A stretch of DNA of 5,820 nucleotides from Candidatus Auribacterota bacterium (GTDB taxonomy: Bacteria; Auribacterota; UBA6266): the NCBI GenBank assembly GCA_023136205.1, contig JAGLRQ010000123.1, positions 1-5,820 of the forward strand, read 5' to 3'. Shown piece after piece: positions 1 to 4,577 of this stretch (positions within the stretch are counted from its first letter, which is position 1; each line of letters opens with the position of its first letter). The notes beneath the pieces are model-generated. The model had not been told where the DNA came from. It saw only the letters and a program-made list of their open reading frames with translations, and did not search any database. The position numbers were made by a program, and so were the translations under genes.

Positions 1-19
1 GCGTTCTTTTACCCGTCAG

Positions 20-1099
20 ATGATAGGACATATTGGATGGATAATGCCGGCTTTTCGTTTTCTTCTGCATTCTGTGATCAGGTCTGAAAAGCGTATTCTT
101 GCTATCTGGGATTTTCGGACGGTTCCTTATAGCATCGGAGACTTGATAATATTTCATGAAAGGATAAACATTTTGCGTTTGACACATAAGGTTGATAAAG
201 TAGATATATGTTTTGTCTATGAACCGGATAAACCGGCGCGTAAAGCAGGTTTGCAGGGTGTAACACCGGATAATTTCCACTATCACTTTCCTCCTCTTGT
301 TTCTACGGTGTATTTAACTCCTCATATAGGTTCCTTTTTTCTTTTTGACTCTCACAGGCATCTTGAAGAATTTGTCGCGGATAATGCGGGGAAGTATTAT
401 GTATGGCCTGGTATCAAAGATTATATTAACAAATATAAATCCTACCGGGATAACTTTGATTTTGTCCAGGATTTCTACCGGAAGAATGGCTTTATCCCAT
501 ATATTGATTGTAGAGCCGGTACTCTGGAGTGGGCCTATACGTTTTATAAAAAACATGTTCTTCCTGACTATCCTGTTGTGGTTCACCTGAGGAACAATCC
601 GCGAAGCGGGGCGGAAAGGAATGCGTGTTTGGATGCCTGGTTGAAGTTCTTCAAGTTTTGCGAAGGTAAGTTTGATGTAAAATTTATTATGATTGGCTCG
701 ACAAAAGAGATTGACAATAGATTTAGGAATCTTCCCAACGTTCTAATTTCAAAGGATTACGCGACAACAGTTGAGAAAGATGCGGTTTTGGCATATTCGT
801 CGCTGATCGACCTTGGAATTAGTTCGGGCCTTTCCGCGATGGTGTATTTTAGCCAAACCCCGTATATTATGTTTAACTACAGGCTTGCACATGAAAACCT
901 GCCACATGGTGAAAACTTTCCTTTCGCGACAGAGTTACAAAAGTTAGTCTGGATACCCGAAACCACAGAGATTCTGATAGAGGAGTTTTCTAAGCTTTTT
1001 CCCAGGGTGAGCAAGACGGATTGGCGGGAGAAAATGGATAAGTTTATGGCTTCCCGCGGCGGTGAGACTTTTCAATCCCATCTGTTATGGTCGGAGTAA
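20..1099 (+). CDS. Hypothetical soluble protein (359 aa); tentatively a divergent GT-B-fold, family-9 (heptosyltransferase)-like glycosyltransferase
   Basis: Long uninterrupted ORF ending in TAA at 1097-1099. The N-terminal segment RILAIWDFRTVPYSIGDLIIFHERINILRL resembles the GT9 'kILiir..lGD.l...P.l..L' start. The C-terminal half (PVVVHLRNNPRSGAERNACLDAWLKFF...VKFIMIGSTKEIDN...NVLISKD..TVEKDAVLAYSSLIDLGISSGLSAMVYFSQTPYIMFN) follows the order of the GT9 second Rossmann domain: beta-strand, 'W' helix, short G-rich strand, then the 'SG..h.a......P.i.lf' donor-binding loop. The usual Asp before SG is missing. The reading frame is open back to base 2 and no Shine-Dalgarno motif precedes ATG 20, so the true start could be ATG 20, ATG 44 or upstream of the window. 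No hydrophobic TM stretches. Confidence 0.7.
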   Translation: MIGHIGWIMPAFRFLLHSVIRSEKRILAIWDFRTVPYSIGDLIIFHERINILRLTHKVDKVDICFVYEPDKPARKAGLQGVTPDNFHYHFPPLVSTVYLTPHIGSFFLFDSHRHLEEFVADNAGKYYVWPGIKDYINKYKSYRDNFDFVQDFYRKNGFIPYIDCRAGTLEWAYTFYKKHVLPDYPVVVHLRNNPRSGAERNACLDAWLKFFKFCEGKFDVKFIMIGSTKEIDNRFRNLPNVLISKDYATTVEKDAVLAYSSLIDLGISSGLSAMVYFSQTPYIMFNYRLAHENLPHGENFPFATELQKLVWIPETTEILIEEFSKLFPRVSKTDWREKMDKFMASRGGETFQSHLLWSE

Positions 1100-1205
1100 C
1101 GCAGTATATAGTATTCCGTAAAAATACCTTTGACTATCAGCTTTTGGCTTTCAGATTGTCATCAATTGATTCCTTTTTGTAAACTGGCCGCTGATTTTTT
1201 GCTAC

Positions 1206-1226
1206 TTGACCCTGGACCCATGACCC
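1206..1226. repeat. Three tandem heptads TTGACCC-TGGACCC-ATGACCC (core GACCC at exact 7-bp period)
   Basis: Read directly: t1206 TGACCC / t1213 GGACCC / a1220 TGACCC, followed by TTG. Located in non-coding DNA 25 bp upstream of the 16-bp palindrome. Confidence 0.6.
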
Positions 1227-1250
1227 TTGTTTTTTCTAATAGACGGGCAG

Positions 1251-1266
1251 TTTGACATATGTCAAA
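1251..1266. promoter_or_regulatory. Perfect 16-bp inverted repeat TTTGACAT|ATGTCAAA (candidate operator; core TTGA-N6-TCAA)
   Basis: Perfect dyad read directly from the sequence. It contains the consensus -35 hexamer TTGACA (1252-1257). Its geometry matches the TTGA-N6-TCAA core used by CRP/FNR-family regulators. Roughly 0.1 perfect 16-bp palindromes are expected by chance in a 5.8-kb window (5820 x 4^-8). Confidence 0.5.
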
Positions 1267-1280
1267 TTATAGGGTATTTT
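1252..1280 (+). promoter_or_regulatory. Candidate sigma70-type promoter: TTGACA (1252-1257), 17-nt spacer, TATTTT (1275-1280)
   Basis: Consensus -35, optimal 17-nt spacer and a TAnnnT-type -10. It sits 63 nt upstream of the micro-ORF ATG, in a region with no other gene to drive on this strand. Confidence 0.35.
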
Positions 1281-1342
1281 TAAACTGAGGGGGGGAAGAA
1301 GCTGATTATCACAGGTTGAAAGTACTGGGAGGTGGTGTATAA

Positions 1343-1459
1343 ATGGGTAAAAGTCCGGCACGTTATTTTAAGGAAAAAAGGGAAAAACACGGAAGGTGGA
1401 CAGAACGGTTTTCCAGGAGAAAGTATTTTAAAAGTTTTAAGTCTCCAGGGAAAAAGTAG
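1343..1459 (+). CDS. Candidate micro-ORF, 38 aa, extremely basic/aromatic: MGKSPARYFKEKREKHGRWTERFSRRKYFKSFKSPGKK
   Basis: ATG at 1343 has an in-frame TAA immediately before it (1340-1342). GGGAGGTGG at 1327-1335 includes GGAGG at 1328-1332, 10 nt upstream of the ATG. Stop TAG is at 1457-1459. Composition is 9 Lys, 6 Arg and 1 His versus 3 Glu, with 7 aromatic residues. It falls below the apparent length cut-off of the supplied ORF track. Coding status is unproven; the stretch is purine-rich and could instead be part of an ncRNA. Confidence 0.35.
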   Translation: MGKSPARYFKEKREKHGRWTERFSRRKYFKSFKSPGKK

Positions 1460-1564
1460 AATAACGGTAGTAAGATTTCAGGTTTAAAGCTTTGCTGGGT
1501 AAAACAAAGTGCGGGGGGGTTTTTTTTGCCCGGGATCTGCGGCCTGAATTCTCGACCCTAATCC

Positions 1565-2914
1565 CTAGATCTTAATTTCTTTCCATTTTTCCATGCGAAA
1601 TCTTGTTAGATATGAGACACTGAGAGTGATAATATAGACAGTTGCTCCAACCCATGCTCCGATGATTCCAAATTTCATTACTATTCCCAGGAAGTATGCA
1701 AGCGGGATAAATAATAGCCAGGCATACCCTATTGAAGCCCACATTACCCATTTTGCGTCCCCGGCTCCTTTGAGCGCTCCCACCGAAGTTATGCTTATGG
1801 CATCGAATATTTGAAATACCGCTGCTATTTTTAGAATGAGTGTGCCATATTTTATGATATTCGGATCTCTTCTGAAAACAGATACCAGCTCTGACGGTAT
1901 TGAAATAAACAGCAGTGCTATAAAAAATGCGTAAGCCAGCGAAATCTGGAGAGACGTGTTGGCTGAGACTTTTGCCAATTCATGTTTGCCGGCTCCTATA
2001 TATTGTCCGACAAGAGTTGTTGCTGCCATTGATATTCCGATAGCGGGCATGAAGGAAACCGATAGGATTTGGAGTGCGATGTGGTTTGCGGCGAGTTGCA
2101 GTATTCCCAATCTCGAAATTATTATTGTAAAGACAAAAAAGGCGAAAATGTCCATGAAAAACTGGATTCCCATTGGTATTCCTATTCGGAGTATTCGTTT
2201 GATCTGGTAAAAGTTGAACCTTGGTACTTTCCCTGAGTTAAATTTCTGAGCATAATACTTTGAACTGAAAACAATAATATATGTGATCATCGTGAAAAAT
2301 GAGGCCAGGACAGTTGCTATCGCAGCTCCCTTTAACCCCATTTCCGGCAGTCCGAATTTACCAAAAACAAAGCCAATATCCAGGAAAGCATTCAGTATAT
2401 TCGCGGCTATTGCGATTTTCATAGGTGTTCTGGTATTGCCGACTCCCAGAAAAAAGGCGTAAAATGCAAAGTTCATTGAGATGAATATTCCTTCAAGAAG
2501 CCTTGTTTGAAAGTAGGTAACAGCCATTATTGATATTTCCTCAGGCGGGTTGATAATTTGAAAGAGGATAGGACCGATAAAGCGAATGGAGATAATAATA
2601 ATTCCGGAAATGAGCGAAAAATAGAGCCCTTGCCAGGCAAAGTATCCGCAAATTCTATAGGACCGTGCTCCGTGGTACTGCGAAACAAAGGTAGTTATAC
2701 CTTTTGAAATTCCGTTAAACAGTGAATAAAAACACCAGATAAGGATTGATGTCATTCCGACGGCGGCAAGTTGTTTCGTCCCGAGTTTTCCGACGATTAG
2801 GGTGTCGACCAGCCCCATAATAGTATAAGAGGACATGACTATAACCGCGGGAGCGGCTATACGGATTACTTCCCTGAAATTATGTTTCTTTATATAGTCA
2901 TTGATCACTCTCAA
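1565..2914 (-). CDS. MATE family efflux transporter (MOP superfamily, NorM/DinF-like), 449 aa
   Basis: Hallmark MATE N-terminus: REVIRIAAPAVIVMSSYTIMGLVDTLIVGKLGTKQLAAVGM....FVSQYHGAR. The motif recurs in the second half (ILRIGIPMGIQFFMDIFAFFVFTIIISRLGILQLAANHIAL......LVGQYIGAGK), as expected for the internally duplicated 6+6 TM architecture. About 12 hydrophobic segments. Stop TAG is the complement of 1565-1567. The start as tracked is TTG (complement of 2912-2914); GTG two codons downstream (complement of 2906-2908) is an alternative, and no strong SD is seen. Confidence 0.9.
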   Translation of the reverse strand: MRVINDYIKKHNFREVIRIAAPAVIVMSSYTIMGLVDTLIVGKLGTKQLAAVGMTSILIWCFYSLFNGISKGITTFVSQYHGARSYRICGYFAWQGLYFSLISGIIIISIRFIGPILFQIINPPEEISIMAVTYFQTRLLEGIFISMNFAFYAFFLGVGNTRTPMKIAIAANILNAFLDIGFVFGKFGLPEMGLKGAAIATVLASFFTMITYIIVFSSKYYAQKFNSGKVPRFNFYQIKRILRIGIPMGIQFFMDIFAFFVFTIIISRLGILQLAANHIALQILSVSFMPAIGISMAATTLVGQYIGAGKHELAKVSANTSLQISLAYAFFIALLFISIPSELVSVFRRDPNIIKYGTLILKIAAVFQIFDAISITSVGALKGAGDAKWVMWASIGYAWLLFIPLAYFLGIVMKFGIIGAWVGATVYIITLSVSYLTRFRMEKWKEIKI

Positions 2915-2950
2915 AACTAGTACCGCTTTCTTTAATTATGCAAGAGACTG

Positions 2951-2959
2951 TGATATAAT
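2951..2959 (+). promoter_or_regulatory. Candidate extended -10 promoter element TG-A-TATAAT for the radical SAM gene
   Basis: TGATATAAT read at 2951-2959 in the 96-bp divergent spacer between the MATE and radical SAM genes. The -35 region (TTTAAT, 2931-2936) is poor, which an extended -10 can compensate for. A second TATAAT at 2982-2987 lacks any -35 at proper spacing. The SD AAGGAG at 2995-3000 lies 10 nt before GTG 3011. Confidence 0.3.
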
Positions 2960-3010
2960 AACTCAAATTGACCTGCATTTATATAATTTTATGGAAGGAG
3001 ATAAAGAGGC

Positions 3011-4402
3011 GTGAAAATACTTTTTGTAAGGCCCGTTACACCAGGGGCGATTGTTCTTAATCTCATTCCGCCCATTGGAATTGGATACCTGGCGTCGGTT
3101 TTGAGAAAAGCCGGGCATGAAGTGCATTTTCTGGACTGTGTCCTTGAGGGACTTGATTACGAAGGTTTCAGGAAAAGGTTCAAAGAGGTATGTCCGGATG
3201 TTATAGCTATGACTGCTTTTTCCCATGATATACCTTCGGTTAAAAAAACTACCGGGATAATAAAAGAAGAAAAGCCGGATACTGTAATTGTCCTTGGCGG
3301 GCCGCATTCTTCGGGTATGCCGCATGAAACACTTACCATATTAGAAGATGTGGATTTTGCGTTTCGCGGAGAAGCGGAACGTTCAATTGTGAAACTCTGT
3401 GACTATTTCCAGAATGGGAAACCTTTGCCTGAAGAGATAAAAGGCCTTATATGGAGGAAGAAGAATAAGGTGATGGTAAATGAGCAGGATTTTCCGGAAA
3501 ACCTTGATGAAATTCCTTATCCTGCCTGGGACTTGATGGACCCGAGGGAATATCCTGATGCTCCACAGGGAGTTATTTTTAAAAATTCTCCGGTTGCTCC
3601 GATAATGGTTACCAGGGGATGTCCGTTTAAATGTACCTTTTGTGCCGGGTGGACGATAACCGGGAGAAAAATCAGGTATCGCAGCCTTGAAAATATTAAA
3701 GGTGAAATAGCTCTTTTACATGATAAGTTTGGTGTTAAAGAAATCCATATTCTTGATGATAATTTTTCTTTTGCTAAGGAGTATGTGAAGGATTTCTGCA
3801 GGTGGTTGATTAGTACGAAATGGGGAATTACCTGGTGCTGTCCGAACGGCTTGAGATGCGATACTCTTGATGAGGAGACCGTGAAATTGATGAAAGAATC
3901 AGGATGTTATTACATATCTGTAGGAATTGAGTCAGGTTCACCGGAAATACTCAAAAAAATGAAGAAGGGCCTGACGATAGAAAAGATTAAGAAGCAGGTT
4001 AATTTGATTGCCGGTGCCGGAATGGATGTAAACGGCTTTTTTATTCTTGGATTTCCCGGTGAAACTGAAAATGATATTAAGCGGACAATCAAACTTGCTG
4101 TGGAGCTTAATTTAACACGTGCCGCGTTTTACAGTTACATACCCCTTCCGGGGACTGAGTTATATAATGCTTTGCTCGAAACAGGTGAGATAGGCGCGAT
4201 AGACTGGGAAAACATGACCGAGATGAGTGTGCCTTACACCCCTGCAGGTATTTCCAGAGCAAAATTAAAAAAATTACAGAGAAGCGCGCATCTTAAGTTT
4301 TATTTAAGGCCAAAAATAATGTTTAAACTTTTAAAAGAAATAAAGACTTTTAATCAGTTTAAATTTATTCTAAAAAGGGCGAGAGCTTACCTGATTGGAT
4401 AA
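3011..4402 (+). CDS. Cobalamin (B12)-binding-domain radical SAM enzyme (class B rSAM), 463 aa, substrate unknown
   Basis: The N-terminal Rossmann-like B12-binding domain pattern is present: MKILFVRP...IPPIGIGYLASVLRKAGHEVHFLD...PDVIAMTAF...TVIVLGGPHSSGMPHETL...VDFAFRGEAE. The radical SAM [4Fe-4S] motif TRGCPFKCTFCAG places Cys codons at 3620-3622, 3632-3634 and 3641-3643 (CX3CX2C). Downstream core motifs are IHILDDNF, ISVGIESGSPEILKKMKKG and FFILGFPGETENDI. There is no C-terminal Cys-rich SPASM/twitch domain. GTG start has an AAGGAG SD; stop TAA is at 4400-4402. Confidence 0.93.
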   Translation: MKILFVRPVTPGAIVLNLIPPIGIGYLASVLRKAGHEVHFLDCVLEGLDYEGFRKRFKEVCPDVIAMTAFSHDIPSVKKTTGIIKEEKPDTVIVLGGPHSSGMPHETLTILEDVDFAFRGEAERSIVKLCDYFQNGKPLPEEIKGLIWRKKNKVMVNEQDFPENLDEIPYPAWDLMDPREYPDAPQGVIFKNSPVAPIMVTRGCPFKCTFCAGWTITGRKIRYRSLENIKGEIALLHDKFGVKEIHILDDNFSFAKEYVKDFCRWLISTKWGITWCCPNGLRCDTLDEETVKLMKESGCYYISVGIESGSPEILKKMKKGLTIEKIKKQVNLIAGAGMDVNGFFILGFPGETENDIKRTIKLAVELNLTRAAFYSYIPLPGTELYNALLETGEIGAIDWENMTEMSVPYTPAGISRAKLKKLQRSAHLKFYLRPKIMFKLLKEIKTFNQFKFILKRARAYLIG

Positions 4403-4407
4403 ACCCG

Positions 4408-4427
4408 GATTTTACATTAGTAAAATC
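4408..4427 (+). other. Stem-loop GATTTTAC-ATTA-GTAAAATC (8-bp perfect stem), 5 nt after the radical SAM stop codon
   Basis: Complementarity read directly. The stem is AT-rich and no U-tract follows, so it is not a canonical intrinsic terminator. Confidence 0.45.
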
Positions 4428-4444
4428 TGCCCAAAGGGCGAACC

Positions 4445-4471
4445 CAAGAAAATCCTGGCGGGATTTTCTTG
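4445..4471 (+). other. Stem-loop CAAGAAAATCC-TGGCG-GGATTTTCTTG (11-bp perfect stem, 5-nt loop)
   Basis: Complementarity read directly. Chance expectation for an 11-bp perfect stem with a short loop in 5.8 kb is about 0.01-0.02. It is followed by AAAAGG, not a U-tract. It shares the GGATTTT/AAAATCC arm sequence with the 4408-4427 hairpin. Confidence 0.55.
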
Positions 4472-4577
4472 AAAAGGTTCGGGTAATCCCAAAATTTGTT
4501 TGTATTTTTTTGATGTTGGCTGTTGTCATTAGGTATGTTAAGACAATTATGCGTTTCTAATGCAAAATTAGGGGTAA

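Noticed and set aside
314-590. Track ORFs 314..586 (-) and 345..590 (+), 90 and 81 aa
   Set aside because: Both are fully nested inside the 359-aa ORF in other frames. Their translations are low-complexity and I/F/K-rich with no recognisable motifs or SD, which is typical of shadow ORFs in AT-rich coding DNA.
1161-1170. 10-bp perfect palindrome ATCAATTGAT
   Set aside because: About 5-6 perfect 10-bp palindromes are expected by chance in 5.8 kb (5820 x 4^-5), and more in AT-rich DNA. It has no associated promoter or hairpin-plus-U-tract context. It is noted only because it uses TTGAT/ATCAA half-sites.
1489-1527. Bidirectional intrinsic terminator between the micro-ORF and the MATE gene
   Set aside because: The only stem is 5-6 bp (GCTTTG/CAAAGT, including a G-U pair) with a 10-nt loop, and it is separated from the T8 run by a G7 block. 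On the minus strand the same stem is followed by only TTT. This does not meet canonical terminator criteria, so it is reported as a homopolymer observation rather than a terminator feature.
1956-2210. Track ORF 1956..2210 (+), 84 aa
   Set aside because: It is antisense to, and entirely within, the well-supported MATE transporter gene. It shows no start context or motifs.
2968-2987. TTGACC (2968-2973) plus TATAAT (2982-2987) as a promoter for the rSAM gene
   Set aside because: The two hexamers are separated by only 8 nt, far from the 16-18 nt required, so they cannot act together as a sigma70 promoter.
2991-3014. Seven-codon uORF ATG-GAA-GGA-GAT-AAA-GAG-GCG-TGA (MEGDKEA), whose stop overlaps the GTG start of the rSAM gene
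   Set aside because: It has no SD of its own; the AAGGAG lies inside it and serves GTG 3011. It is very short and most simply explained as a coincidence of the RBS sequence. Translational coupling cannot be excluded, but there is no positive evidence for it.
2963-3339. Track ORFs 2963..3325 (-) and 3157..3339 (-), 120 and 60 aa
   Set aside because: They are antisense to the B12-binding domain of the rSAM gene. The translations are Arg/Phe/Asn-rich nonsense. The 2963 ORF would also end inside the AT-rich promoter spacer with no signals.
3910-4092. Track ORF 3910..4092 (-), 60 aa
   Set aside because: It is antisense to the conserved rSAM core (GIESGS...GFPGET region), so it is a shadow ORF.
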